DNA of 63,325 bases, counting the filler, from Saprolegnia diclina VS20 (lineage: Eukaryota): NCBI RefSeq assembly GCF_000281045.1. It is 3 parts of one record of this genome, joined end to end, with 100 filler letters (N's around TTAATTAATTAA, not from the genome) between each part and the next. Parts side by side here need not be neighbours in the genome. Positions count along the whole stretch, not along the records: positions 1 to 14,740 come from NW_008246074.1; 2 more parts are not named here. One strand, written 5' to 3'. Shown here piece after piece: positions 1-10,800 of this stretch. Numbering within the stretch: position 1 is the first letter of the stretch; each line of letters opens with the position of its first letter. Both the position numbers and the translations under genes were made by a program. The notes below the pieces were generated by a model. The model was given only the letters and a program-made list of their open reading frames with translations, was not told the DNA's origin and made no database searches.

Positions 1-518
1 GCAAAGACGGCAGCGATGAACTGACCGCGGCGGCTGCTGGACGCAAACTCACTCGTGATGACGGCCGAGACGGGGTAGTCACCGCCGACGCCGATACCCA
101 AGATGAAGCGCCAGACGGCAAGCATGATGAGGACGTTGTCGGCCTCGCCGTTGACGGGCCAGACAGCGAGTGCGCAGAGAAGCGCGCCAAAAATCAAGAT
201 GATGAGCTCAATGCCGTACACCTTCTTGCGGCCGAGGATATCGCCGAGGACGGCGAACGAGAGCTGACCGACCGCGTTACCCCACGACGACGCGGCCTTG
301 ACCCAGCCATCGGCGCGCGACGACGGAAGACTGCCCTGGTGGTAGTACTCCCACGCAATCATGGGCACGATGAGGCCAATGACAAAGTTGTCGTACGAGT
401 CGACGAGGAAACCAGAGCCAGCGACAAGCATCGCACGGAGATGCGCCTTGGAGAACGTGGCCTCATCAAAGTTGGCAAACACCTCGCGGCGATTATTGAC
501 GGGCGGGATGCTGGCCAT
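1..518 (-). CDS. PHO84: Inorganic phosphate:H+ symporter (MFS, PHO84/PHT1 type), 5' part; runs off the window start
   Basis: Reverse translation from ATG 518 gives MASIPPVNNRREVFANFDEATFSKAHLRAMLVAGSGFLVDSYDNFVIG...LGDILGRKKVYGIEL...WRFILGIGVGGDYPVSAVITSEFA, containing the PHS-family GGDYPxSAxIxSE signature. Confidence 0.93.
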   Translation of the reverse strand, partial: MASIPPVNNRREVFANFDEATFSKAHLRAMLVAGSGFLVDSYDNFVIGLIVPMIAWEYYHQGSLPSSRADGWVKAASSWGNAVGQLSFAVLGDILGRKKVYGIELIILIFGALLCALAVWPVNGEADNVLIMLAVWRFILGIGVGGDYPVSAVITSEFASSSRRGQFIAAVF

Positions 519-1760
519 TGAGGTCAAATTGAATTGTGACCAGTAGCTTGGACCGCGAGGTCGTGTGGTGAGATCGGCAAACGGAAAGAAAGTTAAGCGT
601 ACTGTGCTGTTGCGAAATGGAAACAATGCTAGATTCCCTAGTCCTTTCTGTGTCAGCAGCCATCGGTGGTGCCAAAACGAGGCTGTGTCGTGCAAAAGCC
701 CAGGACGCGGCGCAACCCGTGTACTCGTCGTACTCTGTACTCAGTTAGCGCTATCGCCGTGCCAAAGGCTCGCGAGGTCAGCTCGACGAAGATGCGCACA
801 CCTGTCACGACATATACGACCGAATCTGGTAGACCCCACACAAGATTCGAATCGCCAGAAGCTATCGCCAGCAACAGCTATCGCCAGCCAGACGATCGAT
901 CAGATCTTCGATATTTAATAACCAAGACAGAATTGCAGTACCAAGGCCGAGGCGAGCCGTTTGCTCCCGCAATGGAGGTAGTTTGCTGGGCCCGAGGCAG
1001 CGCATGATGGGGCGTCCGTGGCTTTGGCAGCGAAAACCAAGCAAAAGGTCGATCGTATTCTGCAATCTTGTTCGGACAAGCAGCAGGCACTGGCAGCGCT
1101 TTGCCCATCGCACCGGACGCAAGCAGGTTCCGAGGTCACAAGGAGTAGCTTGACACGGGGAGTGTCTTAAGAGCAGGTTTTCGATGCAGCGGACTACAGC
1201 AGCACGCGTATGCCCAAGACATGGCAGACGGAGCTCTACTAAACGCTCCTAGGAAGTCCCTGGGAGCTTCTTAAGAGCTTCGCGGGAGTCGTCCGTTGGA
1301 ACATATGTGTTACTACTGCATGCGTACACCACCACGGCAGCGGTTCGGAAACTTCAATATTCGAGAATTTACGGAACCTGGACTTGCTATCCATTTTGTC
1401 TCAGCGTCTCGAGCGCATTGGCGACGAATCCTTTCGCACATCTGAGGTGGTCCTGGTTGAACTGTGACCCGATATTTGTATGAGACATGGTCCACGTTCC
1501 GCCGATCCTGGCCACCAGCGTGCCGCTCCAAGTGCCCCATGTTGCAGCGTGCTAGTACGACTGCAGTGTCGATGCTCTCGAAGCAATACACCGCAGGAAC
1601 AATGCTTCACATAGCCTTGACGCCTCCTTGATTACGTAGTATCGAGGTTTGAAGCAGAAGGGGGATTAGGGCTAGGGTACGCACGGTACAATATCAATTT
1701 CTTTAGCAACTTGGAATCTCCTTCTTTCAATACACCTCGGCGTTTACCCAGGTGCACTGT

Positions 1761-3844
1761 TCATGCTTGCTCCATGCGCACGGAGAAGGCCGTCGTCGAC
1801 CGCGTCCGCACCTGAACCTCGTACGATTTTCCTTGCAAAATGGCGTCGACAGCGACGGCGGCATCGAGGACAACGCGCCACGTATCATACTCGCCTTTGG
1901 CGAGCTCGACAACCACGTCGAAAATGGGCGCGTCACTGCGCTCCGCACACATCTTATGCACGCTGCCATCGGGCCCTTTCCGCGCATTGGCGTCGCCGAC
2001 CGTGACGGCTTCGACACCGCCGACAAGCGCTCGCAATGGCTTGTTCTTGAGTAGTTTACGTAGCGTGCCGTGGGCCGACGCAATCGTACGCACACCGCGC
2101 TGCTGACACGTGCGCGCGGCTTCGACTTCGGTCGGTCGGCCAATCTCGTCAATCACGAGCACCTCGGGCGTGTGGTTCTGGACGCACTCGACCATGACCG
2201 CCGCCTGCGCGTTCAAGCACGGCACCATCATGCGCCGGGCGAGGCCGACGCAGTGGTGCGGTACATCGCCATCGCCAGCAATCTCATTGCTCGTGTCAAT
2301 GATGCACACGTTATGGCGCTGGCTCAAATGCCGCGCCACGTCGCGCACCAGCGTCGTCTTGCCGCACCCTGGCGCGCCAAGGAAGAGAACGTTCTTGGCC
2401 GTGTCGGCAAGGATATCGGCGAGCATGTCGGCACATCCTTCCATGTAGCGGCCAATCCGCATTGTGACGCCAATCACGTCACCGTTGCGGTTGCGCATCG
2501 CACTAACCCGGTGGAGTTGCCGCGCGAGACCTGCTCGGTTGTCCGTGCCAAAGCCTCCGACCGTCGCTACAACACGCGCAACGTCGTCGACACCGACCAC
2601 CGCCGTGGGGTCTGTCGCGAGAAAGAGCCGTTGGCCACCGACCCACGCCCACGGACACCGACCCACGCCCACGGACGCCGACCAACGTCGAGATCAATGT
2701 CGTGCACGTGGGGTAGCACCTCGGGCGCCAAGAGCTGGGCGGCCCACGGCGCCGGCAACAGACTCGAAATCACATTGGTCACATCGTCTTGATGAAGAAC
2801 CAAAGTCTTCGAAGCGTCCATTCGGCTCGGGGGTAGGAGCTCGACCGACGCCAGCTGTTGCGACACCGCGTCAAACGCGACTTGGCGCACGGACGATGTC
2901 AAGGCGGCCGTGATGCGCACGGAGGACGCGTCTTCCAACTGCGCCAGTCGGTCCGACGTGGCGCACAGCCACGGCTGGAGCTTCACGTAGGCTTGCTGAA
3001 GCAGAAGACTGTGCCAGGTGGCAGCCTCGAGCAAGTCGTGCGAGAGGGGGCGGTTACCGAGCGCTGTTGCTGCGCGTGCGTGGCAGTGTTTCTGCGGCGG
3101 AGGCTCCATCCCAAGCATTAGGAGCAGCGCGTGAAACGCGTCGTCGCTAGCGACACCCGTCTTGGCTTCCAGTGCCAGCTCGAGGTCCAGAACGGCCGTC
3201 AAAGGACACACCGTCGCCGACTCAGCCAGTGCCCCCAAGAGGAGCCCAAAGGTATACACGTCAAAGGCGAGCTTTGGCACAAATGGATTCTGCAGAGTCG
3301 CACGCAGCTCGTGCCACACCAAAGCTGGCGAGATCAACTTGCAGTCGACGAAGAAGACCGTGCTACCCACAGTGAGCTGCAGCACCGCCAGCGCGGCGGT
3401 CGGCCCCAATATGTCAACGCCGATCGGCCCATTGTGTGTGACAAGGTCCGCCGACGCCACGAGCGTCTGAAGGTGGAGAAGCGTCGTGATCATGACAAAC
3501 GTTCCCGGAAGTGCTGGCATTGGCAACGACGGTGGCATCGGAGGGGACAGCGCGACGCGGCGTGGGGTGCTTGGGGGTGGGAGGGGCAGCATTGAGGCTC
3601 CCGCCGTTCGAGAAACAATGTACTCGCGCCCAATCGTATCGATCTTGAACTGCAGCGACTTGTCGCGCTTGAGCAACTCGACAATGCGCAGCGTGGTCTG
3701 GCGCCGCTGGGAGTTGGAGAGGTCGGTCATTGTCTTTGCCAAGCTAGATACGTAGCATGGCGACTTGTTGGCGCAGCAGAAATTGACGCGTTCACGCACC
3801 CGCGCAACCCGCGTCTCGAACGGCACGTCGTCTGCGCTGGTCAT
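1761..3844 (-). CDS. Degenerate 3'-5' exonuclease-like domain fused to a Ycf45/SpoIIIAA-type AAA ATPase; frameshifted in this sequence by a 20-bp tandem duplication
   Basis: ORF 1761-2672 has Walker A GAPGCGKT, IIDTSNEIAGDGDVPH, QNHTPEVLVIDEIG and ASAHG (Ycf45-like). ORF 2567-3844 has exonuclease-fold motifs IGVD, LQL..FFVD, PKLAFD, VLDLE, RPLS. Removing one copy of 2637-2656 joins them as DLDVGRRPWAWVGGQRLFL. Confidence 0.8.
2637..2676. repeat. Perfect 20-bp tandem duplication (ACCGACCCACGCCCACGGAC x2)
   Basis: Read directly; 2637-2656 equals 2657-2676. Confidence 0.97.
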
Positions 3845-4127
3845 CGCCGAAGGAAAAGTAACAAGCAGTTGACCGCATCCATCGACATCACTCGGTGGCC
3901 TGTCGGTCCAGTCCTGTCATGTAGGAACAGTTGGGTCCATCCAAGGCCGGTTGTTCTGGACAGAATGTCGGTGACCTCCATACATATTGTCGTCGACTCA
4001 ACCGTAGCGCTAGGCTACTCTAAACGGTAGAGGTTTTCGAGTGCAAGTGTACAGCAGACGATTGCCCGCCACCGTCGGCAGCCTGGTCGTCGTTGCAAAA
4101 TATTTGCGATCTGCGCTGTCGTTCGTG

Positions 4128-4185
4128 ATTGGCTTTTATTTTGACCAATCCAGATGCATTTAGGCCTGTTTTCACCGCGGATTGG
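4128..4185. promoter_or_regulatory. Three CCAAT boxes in the divergent intergenic region upstream of the PPR gene
   Basis: ATTGG 4128-4132, CCAAT 4145-4149, ATTGG 4181-4185, 60-117 nt upstream of ATG 4245. CCAAT is an established oomycete promoter element. Confidence 0.5.
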
Positions 4186-4244
4186 CTCGTTTTTCATACA
4201 TTGCTGGACCAGTCATCATTGTGTGAAAGTGTTGACGGCGGGCA

Positions 4245-5795
4245 ATGCAGCGGGTCGCGAAGCAGGGCCTTCGCCGATGGCTCTCGTCGACGCACTCGAG
4301 CCCGCTCACGAAGCACTTTAATGAGAACCCGGAGAAGGCCATGGCCGTCTTCCGCGGCCTCGACACGCTGGGCATGGTCCCGGACGCGGTGCAGGTGCGC
4401 GGTATCCTCGTGACGCTGAGCCGCGGCCAGCACGCCGCCGAGGTGCGCGAGGTGCTCGAGTACGCCATCAAGCGCGACGTTGCAATCAACTGGAACGACT
4501 TCTTTCGGAGCGGCGTCGAGCACGCGCAATCGTCGTCGAGCGATCTCATTGCGCTCTTTGAGTCGGCGGTCGCGATCAACCCGTCGGCGATGCCGACCTC
4601 GAGCTACATTACAATGATCCGCCAGTGCCTCAAGACGCGCGACATGGCGCGCGCAGTCGCTCTCTACAAGCACATTCAAGACCACGACTTTAAGCTGCAC
4701 CAGCTCAACAAGAGCGTCATGCGCGTGCTCAGCGAGCTCGGCGTCGCCGGCGTGGACGCGGCGGCTGTCGCCAAAGCGCAAAACCTGACACTCGACATGT
4801 ACGTGCACCGCACGCGGTCGGACGGCGACATGGCCGCGTACTTGGAGGCGGTTCTCGCCGTCAACCCGAGTTGTCTCGTCTCGTGCCTGCGCATGATCTT
4901 GCGCAAGGACACGTCGCCCGTGCCCGACCATCGGCACGACCAGATCCAAACGCACATTGCCGACGCGACGCCGATCTTTGACTACTGCAGCAAGCACGAT
5001 CTGGAGATTCCGCCGGAGCTTTTCACGTGGTACTTTCTCAAGTGCAAGCGCATCCACGCGAACCCGAGCGCGGTCGTGACGCAGTTTCTGGCCATGATGA
5101 GCGCCGGCCGCGTCTCGCTCAGCGTCGCCACGTGCATGTCAGCGGTGCACAGCTGCGTTGGCGTCCGCGAGAACCAGCTCGCGATCGAGGTGCTCCGCGT
5201 CGCCATCGCCCGCGATTTGCCGATGGACCAGTGGCACTACAACACGGCGCTCTGGCTCTGCTCCAAAACGACCGACTCGCACATGGCGCTCGCGCTCTTC
5301 AACCGCATGCGGGCGACCGAGACCATTGCGCCGAGCGAGAAGACGCTGACCGCCGTCCTCTTGAACTTGCGGCAGTCGACGACCGGGTGGGACCTCCCGA
5401 CCGTCCTCGCCTACTTCGCACAGCACAAGATCAAACCCACGAGCTGGGAATACTCGCAGCTCGTCGAGATTTTGTCGTCGACGCCGTCGATCGCTTACCC
5501 GGTCATGGAGCAGCTCAAGCCGTCCAAGACCGATGCGCCTCAGCCGCCGACCAAGAAGCAGCCAACCGAGAAGCCCAAGCGCACCCCGATCCACCAGACA
5601 CACCGGCCGCGAACTGCGTCGTCCGAGTCGCGCCGGGAAGCGTACAACCCCCATAGCCGCGACCACCGCAGTAGTAGCAACAAGGAGCGGCGTCTGCCCA
5701 AGTCGTGGCAGCCGCGGCAAGAATCGCCGTCCGAGGCACCCGAGCCGCCGAAAGCACCAGAGCCCAAGAAGGAGAGCAGCTGCAGCATCATGTAA
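4245..5795 (+). CDS. Pentatricopeptide-repeat (PPR) protein, probably mitochondrial, 516 aa, ending in CaaX (CSIM)
   Basis: Presequence-like N-terminus MQRVAKQGLRRWLSS. PPR-like units SSYITMIRQCLKTRDMARAVALY, WHYNTALWLCSK...ALALFNRM, PSEKTLTAVL. Intronless ORF. Confidence 0.8.
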   Translation: MQRVAKQGLRRWLSSTHSSPLTKHFNENPEKAMAVFRGLDTLGMVPDAVQVRGILVTLSRGQHAAEVREVLEYAIKRDVAINWNDFFRSGVEHAQSSSSDLIALFESAVAINPSAMPTSSYITMIRQCLKTRDMARAVALYKHIQDHDFKLHQLNKSVMRVLSELGVAGVDAAAVAKAQNLTLDMYVHRTRSDGDMAAYLEAVLAVNPSCLVSCLRMILRKDTSPVPDHRHDQIQTHIADATPIFDYCSKHDLEIPPELFTWYFLKCKRIHANPSAVVTQFLAMMSAGRVSLSVATCMSAVHSCVGVRENQLAIEVLRVAIARDLPMDQWHYNTALWLCSKTTDSHMALALFNRMRATETIAPSEKTLTAVLLNLRQSTTGWDLPTVLAYFAQHKIKPTSWEYSQLVEILSSTPSIAYPVMEQLKPSKTDAPQPPTKKQPTEKPKRTPIHQTHRPRTASSESRREAYNPHSRDHRSSSNKERRLPKSWQPRQESPSEAPEPPKAPEPKKESSCSIM

Positions 5796-6270
5796 GGCGT
5801 TCGAACATGCACCACTTTTGTTCAGTTGAGTTACCGCCGTTGGGGAATCTGCGTACGGACATGGAAATAGCGTTGTAGTCACTGGCCTCGGCCAAGGGTA
5901 TATACGATAAGCCCAGGATGTCGGCGCGTTGAGATGGCACTTGATGGTCATAATCGCCGACAAGAGCCGATGCAGCTGGCTCTGGATACGCGGGTGTGGC
6001 GAATGAATCCTACGCATCGGATACATTGGATACTTGGATACATTGCGTTTGGATAGACCCACCGCGCAATGAGCTGCGGGATAATGAAGTTTGGAATTTG
6101 AAAAAGTAGTGTTTTCTGACCGAAAACGAGTAGTTTGAGGAGGGTTTTGGATGTAGGTCATGGGTGATGGTTGCATTCAAAATGGCGTGCGTTTAGTCGC
6201 ACGCCAAATCTAGTGGTTTGTCGACAGCTTGGGACTCTGCACGTCGTTGCACACGCCATTTTGGGACCGC

Positions 6271-7827
6271 ATGGAGCCACTCGGGGTGCACGTTGTGGAC
6301 GACCACCACCACGTGCTCGAGCCCATTCACCGCGTAGGCTGCGCCATGCATGCGGCTTCTAAGAGGCTTGCTATGGGCTAGGCCATTCGGCAGCGGCGCC
6401 TGCCCTTTGCCAACTTTACGATTGTGCATTTGGACGCGCACGCCGACTTGGCCTTTCCACCGAGTCTTCCGGCGGCGACCATCTTCTCGCCCGACGCCTT
6501 GTACGACGGCCTCGACGCCTCCGAGGCAGGCATTGCATCGTTCTTGCTACCATTGGCGTACGCCGGCCACATGCACCGCCTCGTATGGATCAAGCCACCG
6601 TGGGCGACGCAGGTAGACGTCGACGATCGTCCTCGCACGTCATTATGAGACTGCAGATGGCCATTGGGACGCACGCCTTTGACGTTGGCCAGCACAAAGC
6701 GACAGGTTGGCGCTTGTTCATGGACGCAGCCGACAGAGCGCGTAGGCTGCCTTGGCGTGACGAGCCACGAGTCGTACTTCATCGATGAGAACCTCTACGC
6801 GCCACGCGACGCGCTCGACAAGCCAGCGTACGTCTCTAGAGGAGCTGCATCGGAATGACTTTAGTTTGTAGGTCGCTGGAGCTCACGGTGGCCGAGCTCC
6901 CGGCGGCGCCAGTGCCCGAGGGCCCCTATGTGCTCGACATTTGCCTCGACTACTTTTCAACGCTCAACCCATTTCGCCAAGGTCGCTCTGTGCTGCCTCT
7001 ACTCGCAGTGGCGTCATGCGGTCGTAGATATTACGCGGGCGATGGGCGAAGACACGGCGTCGCTCCTCTCTTGTATCTATGGCGATCTCTCCTACAAGGT
7101 AGGCTCGTCTGCTCTCGTACTCGACTGGTCTTACCCGTGAGAAAGAAGAAGACTGTGGAGCTACCGCACAGCACTCGGCTCGAGCACGGCCGCCTCTTTG
7201 CATCGTACGAGAGCAGCAGGATACAAAGTGGCATCATCGAGTCGTAGGACCATCAAGACGCTGTTTCGAGAACACATATGGGACGACGGCGCCGCCTATG
7301 ATGCCCACGTACCGTCTACGAGGTGGAAGACAAAATTGCACATACAAACACATCTAGATGGCACCGCTCATCGACGTGTATACGCTGTCGCCGACGGCCA
7401 TTGTCGAGCAGTTTGCGGCTTTTCGCAAAATTTTGCTCGCTGCGTCGAGCGACGAGCTGGCTATGGTACGTATAATGATGTATCGTACAACAGGTATGTA
7501 AATGTCGTTGTGCCAGATGGAGTGGGCGGGACCGTGCATGGACCTGCCACAGCACAAAGCGTCCGACGACGAGATTGAGGGTTTGCTTGGTGCCCTCGAG
7601 ACGTTTTTGACCACAGCTGGTATGTGTACTTTGTACTGCTGTCACAGTGGTAACCGGCGTCGGTAGGTCGCCCGCGGCTCGTGACGATCGCAGAGTCCAA
7701 GGACGACGAGTACACGCCACCAGGCCAAGTCGAGATGCTTCTTTCGCGCGTGCTGGCACTCCTGGGTCGTCAATTTGGCGCCCTCGACGTCTCGTACGAC
7801 GACCAGAACCAACAAGACGCTTCGTAA
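6271..7827 (+). CDS. UPF0489 (C5orf22-like) protein, multi-exon
   Basis: Exons give [71 protein letters not shown], and end DQNQQDAS*. Separated by short GT-AG introns. Confidence 0.88.
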
Positions 7828-7852
7828 GCCACACACATGTATTCCTTTTGAG

Positions 7853-10800
7853 CTAGTAGAGGTTGGCGATGCTCTGGTATGTCTGAGAGCAGTATGCAGC
7901 GAGCAAGATGCGGGCGACGGGACACGTCTGCATCGCGCCACTTGTATAGCCGCACGACGCACTCCATTCGGTTTGGATTTGAGCGTTCGTAGGCCGCCAC
8001 GCACAGACGTCGCTTTGAGTAAACGGTCGATTGGGTGGCTGCAGCATTCGGAGCTCCCACGTATCACCAAGAAAGCCCGTGTGGTCTTGCCTACACATAG
8101 TACCGTTCGAACAATCTCATCTCTCAGTTGCAAACTACCCGCCAAAGAGCACCAGTCTAAGCTCGGACGAGGTTTCGAGGCCGGCGACAGCGCTAAAGTA
8201 TCGCTGTCGCGGTCGCGTTCCCGCCACCGGAATGTCGGCAAGGGGATCGCCCGGAGCGCTGATGCTCGAGTACATCAGCTCGACCATGGCCGTGCTGTCG
8301 TCGAAGATTGGAGCGGTGAGCCCGGACGAAATGCGCAGCAGCTCAAAAGGCGAGAGGTACGAGAGGTGTCCCGACGGTCGGTGGTAGCGCTGCAATGGCA
8401 CGGCAGAGAGTGTGACCCACGCATTGCCTAGATCACGTGCTCGTGACCAATTTCCCATGCAAAATGGTGGCTCTACTCGAGCTGCCTGGGACGTAGTCGA
8501 GTCGGTAGAGGTCGTTGACACTGACGAGACCGGTGGTTTTGCCACCATAGACAAACATACTCGTGCCAACGACGACCGCAGCATGCTCGTACCGAGGCGT
8601 TGGCGGCACACCGGCGATCAAAGGCGTGAGGTTACTCCACTGGTAGCTCGGTACACACGGTTTCTACGTTCTTGAGGGTTGTACTACTCGATGCCGGTCC
8701 CACGTACCATTGTCCATGCAATGTTCCAGCTGAGAAGCACGCCACTGTTGCCGTCCTGGGTCGTGTCGTGGATCTAGCGCCGCACTCAGCACGATCGAAC
8801 GCTTCTCGCTCAGCGAACCTGTAGCGTCCAGACGCCCCCCGCGGGCAGATGCAGGAACGCCTCAAATGGCTCCAACGGCCGGTTGCTCGCCGAGCCATTT
8901 GACGAAAACGTCAGGGTTGTTGCCCCTGGCGTGCACGCTGAGGCATTGGCAGACGCAAACAACTCGACCCGGTGACCCCTAACCACAGCAGTGAGCCACC
9001 TCGTTGTTTCGATTCGTGGCACCGCGTGGACGGAGCGGTGGGCGTCGTCCGCGATCGTCCGAATGTCGTTTGGTTGAAGCTGTCGATGGACCACGTGGCT
9101 TCCGCGGACGCACTTACGCCCGAGATACTGTCCTCTTGAAGCGGTGAAAAGGTATCGGGGCCCGGCCCGTACAAGCCAATCTCGAGCGAGGACAGACACG
9201 CGTGCTGGACGACAAGCGTGACCGTCAGCGCTGCTATGCACGTCACCGAGACATCGGTGCGTGCGACGGCCGTCGTCCAGAGATCCAACCCGTCCGGGAT
9301 CGCCAGATTGACGCCAGTGGTTGCACCGGTGGTCACCGTACTCCAGACGCTCGCACCTGTGAGCAACCACACATCTATCGACATTCTTGGATGGTAAGCG
9401 AGTTTGGTCGGTACATGTTCTACCGTTGAAGAGCGCCGGCGAGTTGTCCGCTTGCAGCTGCCGACCCCCAAACACGAGCATGTTCGCACCTCCTAGGTTG
9501 ACGGCCGAGTGCTTCTCCCGCGGACTAGGACCACCAGGTACGAGCAGCTGGAGCCTAAAGCGCCTCATGAGTTGATACCTCGTGTATTACAAACCAGGTT
9601 TGCGTTCGCGAGTGATAGCGCCAGAGCTCATTGTTGTCGCGCGCACTCGTGCTGCAGTCGCCCGTATTGCCCCGCTGACAGGCATAACCAGGGCCGAATC
9701 TACGCGCGTTCACGTTACATGACGCCAAGTGGAGCCCAATGTACCCGCCAAAGAGATAGACAAACGCTTCAATCGCAACAAGCGAGTGCCCGCGACGGAG
9801 CGACGGTGCCGGCTGACTCTGCGCCGTCGGTGCATCTGTGTGGTACAAGCCCGCGCCAACATTGCCTTGCATCAGCTGCTTTGGTGGGACCCATGTCCAC
9901 ACATTCTCGGGGACGTTGGCAGTAGTAGTGGTGACGCGCGCGCTCTCCGTTCCGTGGTTATATCGTGCGAGGACCTTGACGCGCACCGCGTACTCGGTGG
10001 CCGGCAAAAGCCCGTCCACAACAAAGCTCGTGCTCGTCGTTGTTCCAGCGGTAGCAAAGTCCTCGTTGGCGACACCGGGGGCGACCTGGACGAGATACCC
10101 AGTGATCGTGTCCAGTAACCCTACACCTCGATTCGTCATGGGTTCTAGGGTTGGATGATACCGGCGGGTGGCGGGCGCCAAGTTAACATCAGTGCGTGTG
10201 GCGTCGAGGAGACGGTAAGGTTTTGAGGTACCAAAAGCGACGGCGGTGGCATAGAGAGTCGTGACGTATACGCCTAAAACGAGCTGTCTCATTGCCAATA
10301 GCGCAAAGCCAATGTGTAGGTACCAGTGCGCAGTTGACGTAACCGGCGCCACCGCCGCCCCCCGCCCCTGCCAAGCCGCCCCCACCACCACCGCCGCCGT
10401 AGAACCCACTGCCGCCGCCGCCACCACCGTTCTTGCTGTCCCCGCCTTGACCACCGTGGAGGTGATATCCGTTCGATGAGACTACGCCATAGTTCAGAGG
10501 CGTGACCACCGCGACGAGCAACCGAAGTGGGTATGACATACCAGTTGTAGTCGTGTGGCGGTACGAGCTCTGTTGTCCGGGGGCGCCACCACCCTGCGAC
10601 GATCCACCGGCACCGGGTAGCGCGAGCTGCGAATAATCTGCGTACGGCGAAAACCCAAACTCAATGTTCTACATACAGCAAAAGTGAGCTCACCGGATGT
10701 AGAGAAGAAAGCTGCACGTTGTCGTGGGCGGGTCGACCCGTAAAGTCTCGGGTGTCTCCATACACAAAGTGCGAGTGAAACTCGTCTCGGCTGCAAGTGG

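Noticed and set aside
1661..1680. Telomere-like GGGGATTAGGGCTAGGG (similar at about 30465 and 47895)
   Set aside because: Only 2-3 imperfect units; not a telomeric array.
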